The notes under the pieces: model-generated
Database searches by the model: none
What the model was told of the DNA's origin: nothing
The model's input: only the letters and a program-made list of their open reading frames with translations
DNA from: Bugula neritina
Taxonomy: Eukaryota > Animalia > Bryozoa
Assembly (NCBI GenBank): GCA_964035545.1
Contig: OZ037772.1
Span: 1,612,001-1,676,000, forward strand
DNA length: 64,000 nucleotides
Reading direction: 5' to 3'
Translations under genes and position numbers: made by a program
Part shown: positions 27,501-38,360 of the stretch, piece after piece
How positions within the stretch are numbered: the stretch's first letter is position 1
How the letters are laid out: each line of letters begins with the position of its first letter

Positions 27501-30500
27501 ATATTTCCGTGGTGTTGACAACTCCCACGTTTGCTCGATTCTTTTCTCGTACGGTTTTCCCCTAGACTTTCATGTGTGCCGCTTTTAACGCAGTCACATA
27601 CGAAGTCCTTCAAGTATGCGGGGGGTTGCCTCGTACGCTGTCCCCTTTCTAGGGGGGGTGACACGCTTGCCGGTTCGTTAGTAGGGGCCTCTAATGGCGT
27701 CTCTACTTCACCGTCAGCTGTCACCTCTTCTTGTTCTCCGGATGGAGCCCCTCCCTCCGTGGGGGTTTGCACTTCTGGAACCGGCTCGGTTTCTGGAAGT
27801 GATGGAATTAAACTTGGCGGTGGCGGACACGCTTCTGTTGCCAGAAGCTGCCGCTCCTCTCTCACCAAGTTTTCTTCCCGCGGTATGACCACTTCGTATT
27901 CAGGTCCATGCCGCCGTCGCCCGCGCGTTGTTGTCTGCCTCCTGGGCTCTAACAACGGGGGGGCTTCTCCCACTCCGCCGGGGCTAGCCCAATACGGTTT
28001 CAAGCGAGACTCATTCTGGATAGACACCTGTCCTGAGCGCTCAATCTTGTACGTATGATTGGGCATAGCCTCGACGACCACGTAGGGACCTACGAACTTA
28101 GGCTTCAGCTTATCAGCCTGTCCGCGGCGCCTACGGTAATTGACCATCCACACCTTATCTCCTCTTTGATAGAGGGGTGGTTCATCGGAATCTTCGTGCC
28201 GCACCTTCCACTGCTGTTGACGCAGTATCTCGTGTGCGGCCTTCATCCGTTCCACTAGTTCACTGGCATACTCGTGGACTGAGTTATCTTGCTCTGGAAC
28301 GTGATAGGTGAGATGGTCAGGGACACGAGTCTCTCTCCCGAGCATCAAGAGGTTTGGGGTCTCACCAGTACTGGTGTGTGTGGTGCTACGGTATGCACGC
28401 ATGACTTGCGGCAACACCGTATCCCATTCCTCTTGACCTCGTCCAAGGAGGAGACTCCGGAGCGCATCACCTAACATCCGGTTGTTGCGCTCCACCACCC
28501 CGTTACCTTGAGGGTGGTAGGGGGTGGTCCTGCTCTGATTTACTCCCCAGAGGTGGCAAAGGTCGCTCATCAGTTGAGACTGGAATTGAGCGCCTTGATC
28601 AGAGTGTATCTGTTCGGGAAGCCCAAAATAACAGAATACGTGTTGGTCTAGTGCCCTGGCCACTGTTGGGGCTGATGCATCTGGGATAGCCAGAGCATCC
28701 GCCCACCTAGTAAAGTGGTCGGTTAGTACTAGGATCCAATTATTGCCTCTGGGGGTCAGGGGCATGGGTCCGACCAGGTCTACAGCGACTACCTGCCAGG
28801 GCCTACCAGCATATAGCCTCCGCCGTCCTGCTTCACCAGGGGGGCGGCTATGCTTACTGGCCTGGCAGATCTCACACTGTTTGACTCTGAGCCGGACGTC
28901 ACGCTCCATCTGTGGCCAATACCACCGGAGTCGTAATTTGGATATCACTCGCTTGACCCCTGCGTGGGCCTGCTTGTGAGTATCCCAAATCAACTCACGG
29001 CGGATGGCTGTGGGGCAGACTACCCTCTTCCTTTCCGGGTGTCTGCCGCTGGCAGCTAGAGAGATGGTTAGCAACCCATCCTGCCCGATCCGCAGCGAGT
29101 CCCAACGCTGACAGTATAGCCGGAATTCGGCGCATCCCTGTCTTATGCGTTCCTCGCTGGGTCGTCGCCCTTCCCTTTTGGCCCGGTAGATGTCTGCCAC
29201 GACTCCAGACAGCTCTTCTTGGAGCTTCTTCAGCTCTCGAACATTACCGGCCAGTACAGGGTTGGCGCGGAGGTTTTGTATATCCTCCGGGGACTCATCA
29301 ACTCTTTGCCTGAGTTGACCTTGATCCCAGTCAAACGGTGCTCCGTGATGAGCCAGCGTCTCCAACTCGCATCGAGGGGGACCTCCATCCCTCCTCTCGA
29401 TGTTGAGACACTGTTTGCAACCTCCGTCAGGTCGGCGGCTCAACCCATCCGCATTGCTGTGTCTCTTGCCCGGTCGGTGTTCGATCCGGTACGAGAATTC
29501 AGCTAGGATTTCGAGCCACCGGGCGACCTGACTAGAGGGCTCTGCTCTCCTGCACAACCAGATCAGCGAGGCATGATCCGTACGCAGCCGGAACTTCCTG
29601 CCATATAGGTATGGTCTGAAGTGCTTCACTGACTTGATTACTGCCAGCAGCTCCTTGCGGGTAGTGCAGTAATTTCGTTCAGCGGGAGAGAGAGACTTGC
29701 TGTAGTAGGCTACTACTACTTCTCGGCCTTCCTGCACTTGTGACAGCACAGCGCCAACATTCTGGTCACTGGCGTCCGTGTCTAGGATGTACTCCAGAGT
29801 GGGGTCTGGGTAGGCCAAGATGGGCGCCGTTAGGAGGCAGCCCTTGAGGCGGTCGAACGCTTCTTGTTCGACTAGAGTCCACTGCCACGTCACTCCCTTT
29901 GCGGTAAGCCGGTTTAACGGCTTGGCTATGCCCGCAAAGTCTGGTATGTATTGCCTGTAATACCCTACCAGCCCCAAGAAAGCCCGGAGTCCGGTCAAGT
30001 CTTGAGGGGTGACCCAGTCTTCTACTGCCCGTACCTTTTCGGGATCCGTTGCCACGCCGTTTCGACCGACAACGTGCCCCAGGTACTTGACCTCCGGCTG
30101 CAACAGAGCGCACTTGGAAGGTTTGAGCTTAAGACCGGCACCTCGGAGTCTCTCGAAAACCTCCTGCAGACGACTGACATGTGTCTCGAAGTCTGGAGAG
30201 ATTACGATGACATCATCGAGGTAGACCAGCAGTGTCTTCCAATGGAGTCCGCTAAGGACTTGTTCCATCAGCCTCTGGAAGGTGGCTGGGGCGGAGGTTA
30301 ACCCGAAGGGCAGCACCTTCCACTTCCACAAACCGTCCCGTGTGATAAACGCCGCTTTCTCTTGGGCGTCGGGACTCAGAGGAACCTGCCAATAGCCGCT
30401 TAGCAAGTCTAACGTACTGAAGTACTTGCTGCCGGCTAGGGCGTCCAATGACTCGTCAATACGAGGTAGAGGGTAGGCGTCCTGTATGGTTACGCTATTG

Positions 30501-33500
30501 AGTTTGCGGTAGTCCACACAGAACCGCCAACTGCCGTCTTTCTTCCGGACCAGTACGACTGGCGAGCTCCACGCACTATGGGCGGGCTCTATCAGTCCCC
30601 GGTCCAGAAGATCCCGTACTTGTCGGCTAACCTCCTTCTCTTTCTCCGGCCCCAGCCTGCGTGTGGGCTGCCGGACAGGGACTGTCCCTGCAGTCAGCGG
30701 TATTTCGTGTCTGACAATTCCAGTCAGTCCCACGTCATGCTCTCCGCTGCTGAACACATCACCGTAGTCGCGTAGTAACTTGGCCATAGCTTGGCGCTCT
30801 CTGTTACTCGCGCAGCCACCACTGGCCGTCTCGTATAACTCCCGGAGATGTGTTGGGACTGCCCCTCGTCCCTGAATAGGGTGTCGAGGGGGGGCCTCTG
30901 TCGCATCACTCAGCGACGGGCCTACGTCTCCCTCTTGAACAGAGTGAAAACGGCCTAGCATCGACCCAGCCGGAAGCTTGATAGGCTCGGTAAAGGGGTT
31001 GACGCACTGCACTAAGATCTCCCCTTGCTCAGTCAGCTGATTCAGACTGCTGGCAAGTTGGATCTTTTCGTGCGCGCCTTCAACCACCCCGAGTCCAGAG
31101 ATCCGGCTACTATTCACCCTGCAGTGAATGGTAGCCCGGGAGCGGCCTGGTATGGTACGGTTGCGTACCACTTGCACACCTCCCACTAAAGGGCAGCCGA
31201 ACTTGTCGACGCAGGCGAGTTCCCGCCCGGACATCATCATTGCAGATCTGCTAAAATCTATGTGACATCCGTGCCGTTTAAGGAACGGCATCCCGAGGAT
31301 AGCATCCTCCTTGAGCTGACTGACGATGAACGTCTCTTGGATCGTTTGATCGCGGACTCGTCCCGTCAGCTCAATTATACCATAGAAGGGAAGGCACGAC
31401 CCGTCAGCTAGGGTGCCGTATTCCCCTTCGTATGCTTCCATCTCGCCCCTGACCCTAGCACTGAGGGTGTCGAAGAGTTGGCGGCTTAAGAGGTTCGTGG
31501 TACAGCCCGAATCAATGAGAAAAGTAACAGCTTTGCCTTCCAGTTTACCGGGCAAGAAATAGCTGTTCCCATGGGGCTGCACCTGAACTCTCCCTTCAGG
31601 CCTGACTCTCGCAGGGAGTACCTCCCTCGCTTTGGGTCGCGAAGGAGGTCTGTTGGGGCGGTGATAGGTAGGCCTCGGGGGTGCCGAGGCTGGTTTCTCA
31701 GCTACCTTTGTGTGCTCCCATCCAGATTCTTGGACTTGTAGCCCTGTGAATCTGTTGTGAAGGGGCATAGAAAAGGCAGCCGCGGGGCGAAGCCCCTTGC
31801 TGGTCCGTCGCGGCTGTTGCCACTGTTGGTTGCCAGTACGCGGTGCCCGTCTGGGTGACCTGCGTTTCTTCTTCCCTAGAGGTTTCGTCGACCCGCGGAA
31901 GGTGGGAACATCTGCGGGCCGCGGTAGTTTAACCCCTGATTTAGGAAGGGACAATATCGGCGGAAATGTCCTTGATTTCCGCACTCCCAGCAAAAACTGA
32001 CTGTTTCTCCCTGTGGCGGCGCCAATGGCCGCATGGGCTCAGGGGCGGTACTCACTGGGTTTTGTGGGGTCAGTGTTGCTATCAGCTTGGCTAGCATGTC
32101 CGTCAGTTGAGTGACTTTTGATGCCGTCGCCAACTGGGACACGGCAGCCGCGGCGGGGGTTTCCTCCCCTTGTCCCGCGGCCGTGTCTGCGCAGTCTATC
32201 TCCACTTGGCGGGAGCTTCCGCGACTTTTATGCATTTGGTTAGCTAGGAGGTAAGCTTCCCCCTCAGTCAGAGCATCTTCAACGGTGGTGACTCCCCTAG
32301 CTAGAAACTGGTGGTGGAGACCCAGATCGTCGACAGATGCTATGAAAGCGTCGAGGGTGTACCTCTCGCGGTTGACTGGGGGCAAGTCGCTGTATGCGAT
32401 CTGTGCCAGCTTCATGACCGCGGTGGCATGCTCCCGCAGCGGGGTGCGGGGATCACGCCGCAACCTCTGTAATCGGGCCCTGGCATCTGTAGTCGAGAGG
32501 CCAAAACGGGCCCGCAGAGAAGCAAAGATATTATCAATGTCTACGCCCAGCCCATAGGGCTTGGCTTTGTCCATCAATGCCATTCTAAGCTTCAGCAGCG
32601 CCACCCTAGGGGGCCACTGAGCGACGTCCATTACGTCGCTAAACTCTTGAATAAATTGTTCCACCTCCTCTTCACCCGTGAAGGTGGGCGCCTTTAACCT
32701 GTAGCGGTCTTCAGCTAGTTCTCGCGGAACCCTTCGCTCTTCTACTACATGGTTAACAGGCATTGTCTCTACAGCATTGTCTCTACGCTCACCTTCGATT
32801 GCCGGTGGTTGAGTTTCAGCATTTTCAGTCTCCATCTTGGATGCACTATCCCACTGCTGCCACCACTGTTATAATTTTCAGATTTAGGGTTGATATGCTA
32901 TCCAGAGAGTCTATTTATCTAGTATAGAACTGCACCAGGCTAAGTCGAGTGAACGAGTATATTTTATTCACAACTATACATCATAAAAACACGATACATT
33001 ATTTCTAACAAGTTACACATCTAATCTATTTCACACTCTAGCTTCGACTGACTTAGCAGCGGGAAACTACAATTGCTGCTAACTATCAACTACGCTAATT
33101 GGCTATCCATTGTTCCGGGTCAATTACGCGACCCTACATGTTGTGCTGCTGGTAGTTCCACGAACCACCACAATATGTTTGCCATCCAGTGCTCCTAATA
33201 ATAATAATAATACAAAAATGATTTAAATAAATGAGTTACTCAAATAAAATAATTTTTAAATTCAAAACTATTGAATATTGTTTTTACCTAAACAATTAGG
33301 GTAGTTCCATTTCTTGAAGCCTTCTGCCACTTCCTTCCATTCTGTTACCGTAGTTGGTGTTTTTAGCCATTGCCCTTGTAAGCTACTGATAATTGAAATG
33401 CACACGTCCATTACAATATTAGATATCGTTGCTAATCCAATATTCCATTCATAATGAAGAGACGTCATACTTTGACCGGTAGCTAAATATCTTATGGTAA

Positions 33501-36500
33501 CCTAAAAAAGATAAATTTATGTAAAATCTAAAAAAGTGAATTATCAGAATAAATACTTTTGTAAAATCTTAACACAATACAAATTGATGACCATTAATCT
33601 TTCTTCGGCAGATATTGGGACTGATGTAGATCCAGCTTTTTCTATCTTTGAGCTAATAGAATGCAACACATAATTGAACTCATCTCTGGACATCCTGAAA
33701 AAATTTTTGAATGTGCCCAACCGATTCTCTGCCAAAAGATTACGGCCAAGTGATTCTAAAAAACAACACAATAATGAAAGTAACAAAATAATACTTTTAA
33801 TACTAATAGTATTACTATTAGTAATACTAATAGTAATACTATTACTATTACTAATAGTAAGACTAATAGCAATAAAGTAATTCTCATAGTAATACTAATA
33901 CTAGTAGTAATACTAATAACCAAACTCAAAGTGATTACGGCCAAGTGATTCTAAAAAACAACACAATAATGAGCGTAACAAAATTGTAACATTCACAATT
34001 ATAAATAGCACAGTAAAAGTAACAATAATAGTAATAATACTTTCAATACTATTAGTTATACTATTAGTAATACTAATAGTAATAGCCAAACTCAAAGTGA
34101 TAAAAGTAAAGAATACATTTACATAAATGCTACTAATATAATTATAATAGCGATAAACGCATTGAATGCTCTTTACCACATTAAATTAATTTTCAAATTA
34201 ATTTCAGTGAATTCTTTTACAACAATACTAAAATTATAACTATGTTGAATTCCAACCTTCGCTCATATCTACTAGGAGTCTGTTGACGGTAGTGTAATAT
34301 GCTCCTTCTAATTTTCTGTTTCTTGTTACAGTTCCTGATCCATTTCTTCCACTTCGTTTATCCATAGTTTTACATTTTAAAATTGTCAGTATCAAACTAC
34401 ATAACGTTAGTGCAGAAGCACACAAAAACTCTTCTTCTGAATTCATTGTGATTGTCAAAACGAAATAAAGGTTACAGCTTAACTATAGAAAGCAACTTGT
34501 TTATATTATCTGGACGACAGTAGTAACAATTTTGGCAGCGAGTCAAGCTAAGTAAATAATTGCATTTCTTGGCTTTCTGTACATCTAGCGAATTGCACTT
34601 TTACTTTTGTACTACTTTTCCTGTAATTTTAACGATTTTAAGTTTGACTATAAAGGGGTACCCGGAAAAGCGATTTTAACCTAAACTCGGTACTTTTTTC
34701 AGCAGAGGTATAAACGCAACTTAAGACAATGGGCAGACAGTCTCTGCTGGACACAGTACAACATGCAGTTGATAAGTTCAATGATGCAGGGATTGTGAGA
34801 GACTACAAAGAGATGAGTGAGAAGATGGAAAAGGCTACAGATATTGGTGTAATAGAGAAGTGTGTACTTCCAGACAGCATCTTGGTACCAACATGTAGGT
34901 GGAGTCTATAAATAGTAACACTAACTATAAATAACTTTCTGCTTGTAATCATGTGAGTTGCTTTCACTGAATATTTTAATAGTAAAATAAGTAGATAGAG
35001 TTTATTTATTAGAGATTGAGTTTTGTTCTACTCTCACATTATGAGACATTTCTGCAGTGTTTCAGAGTTTATGGTGTATAAGTGAGCTGCTAAACTGTGT
35101 TATGCTGACTACCTGCTGTCAGTATTAACAAGATATTCTCACTTAGACCTGTGCATCACGTAGCAACTTGTAGTAACTACAGACTGCTTGTATTTAAACA
35201 TCTTTTAGTTTTAAGTTTGAAAAGCTGTTCCCACCTCCTCAGGTGATGAGATTCTCAAGTTATAGAATTGTTATTTTGTTGTTGCAGACAGTGAAGACAG
35301 TCTGGGACTGAAGCTGCTGCAGCCACCATCTTCTCTCCAGTCTGATGGACTTCCTGTACGTGACTTGTGTATCTCAGTAAACATCTCAGCTGATGGACAT
35401 CTCATGTGTCGGACACGAGAAGGTGTAGAAGTAATAAATAGAGACACTCTGGATACTATCAGCTCAGTGAAACACACCAACACTACATGGTGGGGGGAGA
35501 TAATCCAACCTGAAGGGGTGATGGTTGGCAGTTGGTATAACAGAGAGGAGAAAACAGCTGAAGTCGCACTTCTTGATCCGAACTCCTTTGAGAAGACTCG
35601 CTCTCTCTTCAAGCAGTCAGTAGATGTACCCTACACTTACTATAGAATAGCTCAGCACGACTCACTGCTCTATATTGTAGACAGGAGAGAGAACCAGCTG
35701 GTAGTCTGTAATCTAGTTGACAATAAAATACAGAAGTTCCCACTTCCTGAGATGAAGATCCCTCACCCTGTATGCATCCTCCCAGACTCAACTCTCCTCA
35801 TAGGAGACTGTGCTGCAGATGGTAAAGTGAGAAGATATAAAGTGGAGAACACAACTCTCTCTCTAATGTGGGAGTTTCCTCACATCTCACGACCAACTGG
35901 TATTTCCTTTGATCCAACATCTGAACTGATTCACATCTGTACAAGGGAAGGACCTCTCCTCATCCTCTCACTTGAAGGTAAATACTCTGTTTATTATAGT
36001 AATTTTAGTTACTTTATATATAATTATGTTGTAGTAAATAACATAATATTTTAATAATTAACAGTAAACAACTTCCACTCATAAGATATATTATGATATT
36101 GTTAGTATTTATCAAGTCACTGATATTATTTTTAGCTAAAAGTTATGTAATAAAGACTGTAACATGCTAATAGTAGATGTTATGTTCTTCATCACATGAC
36201 TTGTAGCTAATAATAATATTAGTGAATAATACTGTCTCCCTGCAATAAGTTTATTTCCAGCTGCAGTAACATGCAGGATGTAAGCACAGGTAAAAGTGTA
36301 TACTATATTGTATAGGTTTAATGTGTACTCTGTGTAGTGTGCAGTGAGCTCTTAGTAAACTCTCTATTCAGTCTTCCTTTCCAAGGGTTCACCTGGTAGA
36401 GTAGAGGATAGGGACTCCACACTGCTGAGTGAGTTGGTGCTGCAAGGGGTTCAAACCCACCTATCAGCATGTCTAGTTAGTATACTATGCAAGTGTTTTA

Positions 36501-37114
36501 CAGTAATTTTAGAGGTGCTCAGTCTAACAACTGTACAGACTGCCAGCTACACATGAGTTATGAGTTGTAGTTTGACTTCAGTCTAGTGCTGCTGTTGTTT
36601 TGGTCATCAGATTATATAAATGTAAATAATTTGATACTTTCTGACTGCCATTACTGAGACTATGTAATTTGATGGTGGCTGGTAGAGCAGTGTTTGCTGG
36701 TGGGACTCAGGTGGCTGTGGTTGGTTCTTGTCAAGTATTTAATATGTGATAATGTTGGAGTAGCTGCAGTGGTATTAGAAGTAGACATGTGGGTGTGTTC
36801 TTGCTCAGAGCCACAGGCTAAGTTTGTGGGTCAAGGTCAATATTGTTGTATAATGAGACACTATTTTCCATTTGAGTATTTACTTCATGCATGTAACCTG
36901 CTTAGTTGCATCTTTAAAGGCAGTCTGTCTGTTTCTCTCAATACACAGCAACTGATACAATATGATGCTATTATTTACAGGTCAACTGGTGCTTACTGTT
37001 CCCAGAGAAAGTCTTGGTGTGAGTGGCTGGGTGTATGACATTGCTGTGTATAACAGAGACACAGTGTTTCTAGCATGTGAAGATGGTCTGAGGAGATACA
37101 CAATAAAATACTAA
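18519..37114 (+). CDS. TRIM family E3 ligase (RING, B-box1, B-box2, coiled coil, NHL-like beta-propeller); this allele is disrupted by a transposon insertion
   Basis: Phase-consistent GT-AG exons: 18519-18700 (RING CGYC..LPCLHVYCMRC..CAYC), 20966-21146 (B-box CDVC..FCVDS..LC..H), 21337-21526 (CEHH..CSKC..FCMRC), 22672-22877, 23312-23421 + 34725-34894 (one exon split by the Harbinger), 35288-35977, 36981-37114 (stop TAA); AATAAA at 37292. Confidence 0.9.
19000..19507. mobile_element. Degenerate hAT-like non-autonomous element (same family as 21781-22385)
   Basis: Shares CCTTTTTCATACCAT.CCC, CATGTAGAAGTA.AC and CCCTAAAAAGCCCA; ends TTGGGAACCACTG. Confidence 0.5.
20066..20230. mobile_element. 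Small MITE-like element with 15-bp terminal inverted repeats
   Basis: TCACTGCGTTTCCAT (20066-20080) / ATGGAAACGCAGTGA (20216-20230); no clean TSD. Confidence 0.5.
21781..22385. mobile_element. Non-autonomous hAT-like element
   Basis: Imperfect TIRs CAGTGGTGTCCCACCTT / AAGGTTGGAGCTACTG; 8-bp TSD CTTTAACT / CTTTAATT. Confidence 0.65.
23736..24620 (+). CDS. Harbinger Myb/SANT-like (MADF) DNA-binding protein with BESS-like C-terminus
   Basis: Exons 23736-23886, 24007-24209, 24297-24620, phase-consistent; FISEIESRPNIWN..KKWQNLRDYF..WVYWKNMKFL (MADF); DYFFKGLSEQIKSLP..LRLQECVNDLV (BESS-like); intact. Confidence 0.88.
25677..25982 (-). repeat. Gypsy-B 3' LTR
   Basis: Direct repeat of 32867-33172. 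Confidence 0.95.
26264..27051 (-). CDS. Gypsy-B ORF3 (predicted second exon): C2H2 + CxC-H-C zinc-finger, basic/Pro-rich linker, coiled-coil protein
   Basis: CQIC-x12-HVNAH, FCPC-x12-H-x4-C, PAKRRTRSPSPPLRRRR, heptad C-terminus. Frame is open from about 27078 with no in-frame ATG before the fingers; acceptor ctaacact..actttttcag| before 27051; homologous to 60025-60818. Confidence 0.85.
27365..31933 (-). CDS. pol: Gypsy-B pol (protease-RT-RNase H-integrase), -1 frame relative to gag
   Basis: LIDSGC, WRFCVDYRKLN, YLDD, DTDASD, HHCC, VDLVGP/HSDQG/VERNN, GPY; uninterrupted. Confidence 0.95.
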   Translation of the reverse strand, partial: VKLPRPADVPTFRGSTKPLGKKKRRSPRRAPRTGNQQWQQPRRTSKGLRPAAAFSMPLHNRFTGLQVQESGWEHTKVAEKPASAPPRPTYHRPNRPPSRPKAREVLPARVRPEGRVQVQPHGNSYFLPGKLEGKAVTFLIDSGCTTNLLSRQLFDTLSARVRGEMEAYEGEYGTLADGSCLPFYGIIELTGRVRDQTIQETFIVSQLKEDAILGMPFLKRHGCHIDFSRSAMMMSGRELACVDKFGCPLVGGVQVVRNRTIPGRSRATIHCRVNSSRISGLGVVEGAHEKIQLASSLNQLTEQGEILVQCVNPFTEPIKLPAGSMLGRFHSVQEGDVGPSLSDATEAPPRHPIQGRGAVPTHLRELYETASGGCASNRERQAMAKLLRDYGDVFSSGEHDVGLTGIVRHEIPLTAGTVPVRQPTRRLGPEKEKEVSRQVRDLLDRGLIEPAHSAWSSPVVLVRKKDGSWRFCVDYRKLNSVTIQDAYPLPRIDESLDALAGSKYFSTLDLLSGYWQVPLSPDAQEKAAFITRDGLWKWKVLPFGLTSAPATFQRLMEQVLSGLHWKTLLVYLDDVIVISPDFETHVSRLQEVFERLRGAGLKLKPSKCALLQPEVKYLGHVVGRNGVATDPEKVRAVEDWVTPQDLTGLRAFLGLVGYYRQYIPDFAGIAKPLNRLTAKGVTWQWTLVEQEAFDRLKGCLLTAPILAYPDPTLEYILDTDASDQNVGAVLSQVQEGREVVVAYYSKSLSPAERNYCTTRKELLAVIKSVKHFRPYLYGRKFRLRTDHASLIWLCRRAEPSSQVARWLEILAEFSYRIEHRPGKRHSNADGLSRRPDGGCKQCLNIERRDGGPPRCELETLAHHGAPFDWDQGQLRQRVDESPEDIQNLRANPVLAGNVRELKKLQEELSGVVADIYRAKREGRRPSEERIRQGCAEFRLYCQRWDSLRIGQDGLLTISLAASGRHPERKRVVCPTAIRRELIWDTHKQAHAGVKRVISKLRLRWYWPQMERDVRLRVKQCEICQASKHSRPPGEAGRRRLYAGRPWQVVAVDLVGPMPLTPRGNNWILVLTDHFTRWADALAIPDASAPTVARALDQHVFCYFGLPEQIHSDQGAQFQSQLMSDLCHLWGVNQSRTTPYHPQGNGVVERNNRMLGDALRSLLLGRGQEEWDTVLPQVMRAYRSTTHTSTGETPNLLMLGRETRVPDHLTYHVPEQDNSVHEYASELVERMKAAHEILRQQQWKVRHEDSDEPPLYQRGDKVWMVNYRRRRGQADKLKPKFVGPYVVVEAMPNHTYKIERSGQVSIQNESRLKPYWASPGGVGEAPPLLEPRRQTTTRGRRRHGPEYEVVIPREENLVREERQLLATEACPPPPSLIPSLPETEPVPEVQTPTEGGAPSGEQEEVTADGEVETPLEAPTNEPASVSPPLERGQRTRQPPAYLKDFVCDCVKSGTHESLGENRTRKESSKRGSCQHHGNINFCIGGSRNKIHPPGAQSLNHAPQPRCSIFSYADAVKSRRVSKQ
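31876..32835 (-). CDS. gag: Gypsy-B gag
   Basis: ATG just downstream of the PBS; KAPTFTG capsid-like region; CWECGNQGHFRRYC knuckle. Confidence 0.92.
   Translation of the reverse strand: METENAETQPPAIEGERRDNAVETMPVNHVVEERRVPRELAEDRYRLKAPTFTGEEEVEQFIQEFSDVMDVAQWPPRVALLKLRMALMDKAKPYGLGVDIDNIFASLRARFGLSTTDARARLQRLRRDPRTPLREHATAVMKLAQIAYSDLPPVNRERYTLDAFIASVDDLGLHHQFLARGVTTVEDALTEGEAYLLANQMHKSRGSSRQVEIDCADTAAGQGEETPAAAAVSQLATASKVTQLTDMLAKLIATLTPQNPVSTAPEPMRPLAPPQGETVSFCWECGNQGHFRRYCPFLNQGLNYRGPQMFPPSAGRRNL
32867..33172 (-). repeat. Gypsy-B 5' LTR
   Basis: Followed on the - strand by the PBS at 32865-32848. Confidence 0.95.
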
Positions 37115-37844
37115 ACTTATCAGCTACAGTTTACTAATAATCAGCTCAGTGAGGTACTGAGAGATAAACTACATAATATTTGTCATCAACATAGTTATAT
37201 TCATCACAATTCATCAATACACACACTCTGTAATTATAGTTGGATATGAGATGTTTTACTGTATCAAATATATGTTGCTATTTTACCATCTAATAAAGTT
37301 TATTTGTTAGTGAAAACATAGTCTGTTTTCATGCCTCTTTAGCTTTAGTTCAAGTTGAGTTCGGTTAGTAAAAATAATCTATACTGGAGCAGTAACTGTA
37401 AATGACTTGTTTGTGGGAGAATTTATTCACTGAATTGACATGCAGGTGCAAGTCATTCCAACATGACTAAGTAAATTTATTCCAACCATTCATAATAATA
37501 TACATTCCATTTCTGTGTACAACAGCGTTGAGTAGCCAATCAAATTGTTTCTTGTCATGCAATCTGATAAATGATACATAAGTCAATCAACTAAATATAA
37601 ACACTGTTTTACTCTACACATGAGCTGTCTGTGATACAGCTGTTTTGTAAACTGTGTGTAATTTGATGAGTTTAGTTCAATTGGTTGCAGTTTAATTATG
37701 ACATGTTCCCCATTCATCTGGTAGAAATACCTTGTGTGCACAGACAAGTTGTAATGACTAACAGAAACTTTTTCAGTAGGTTCCAGTTCATCTTGAATAT
37801 AATAGTACAGCTTGTTGTCATTTGGTCTCCATAGTATTGATGAT

Positions 37845-38360
37845 ACACTACCTTGTTTTGGCTTCAATAGTATTGATAGTATACTACCTTGTTTGGCCTC
37901 AATAGTATTGATGGTATACTACCTTGTTTGGCCTCAATAGTATTGATAGTATACTACCTTGTTTGGCCTCAATAGTATTGATGGTAGACCACCTTGTTTA
38001 GCCTCACTAGCATTGATGGTGCACTACCTTGTCTGGCCTTAATATTATAGATGGTACATTACCTTGTTTGGCCTCAATAGTATTGATGGTATACTACCTT
38101 GTTTGGCCTCAATAGTATTGGTGGTAGACTACCTTGTTTAGCCTCAATAGTATTGATGGTATACTACCTTGTTTGGCCTCAATAGTATTGATGGTATACT
38201 ACTTTGTTTGGCCTCAATAGTGTTGATGGTAGACTACCTTGTTTAGCCTCAATAGTATAGATGGTACACTACCTTGTTTGGCCTCAATAGTATTGATGGT
38301 ATACTACTTTGTTTGGCCCCAATAGTATAGATGGTACACTACCTTGTTTGGCCTCAATAG
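37845..38360. repeat. 35-bp minisatellite (CTTGTTTGGCCTCAATAGTATTGATGGTATACTAC), about 15 copies
   Basis: Direct tandem periodicity of 35 bp. Confidence 0.92.

Larger units (their letters stand above)
25677..33172 (-). mobile_element. Gypsy-B: full-length Ty3/Gypsy element with gag, pol and a third zinc-finger gene
   Basis: 306-bp LTRs 32867-33172 (5') and 25677-25982 (3'), apparently identical; 4-bp TSD ATAT; PBS TGGTGGCAGCAGTGGGAT (tRNA-Leu-type); PPT-like GGTGGGGGCGG. Confidence 0.97.
24859..34446 (-). pseudogene. Harbinger (HARBI1-like) DDE transposase interrupted by Gypsy-B
   Basis: Exons 34446-34257, 33755-33592, 33501-33288, 33194-33173 + 25672-25577, 25498-25258, 25185-24859; motifs FFRMSR, ERLM/VTIRYLATG, PNCLGALDGKHI, YHNYKGF, SDGGVF, VGDEAFPL, IENAFG, CCILHN. 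Confidence 0.92.
23422..34721. mobile_element. PIF/Harbinger DNA transposon (about 3.8 kb without the nested Gypsy-B)
   Basis: Perfect 16-bp TIRs AGTTGCGTTTATACCT / AGGTATAAACGCAACT; TSD TAA (23419-21 / 34722-24); convergent MADF and DDE nuclease genes. Confidence 0.96.

Noticed and set aside
27531-30775. Antisense ORFs shared by B and D pol
   Set aside because: Shared only because the DNA is near-identical; GC-rich shadow ORFs without motifs
37845-38360. 35-bp repeats as a CRISPR array
   Set aside because: Contiguous units with no unique spacers, no cas genes, eukaryotic context
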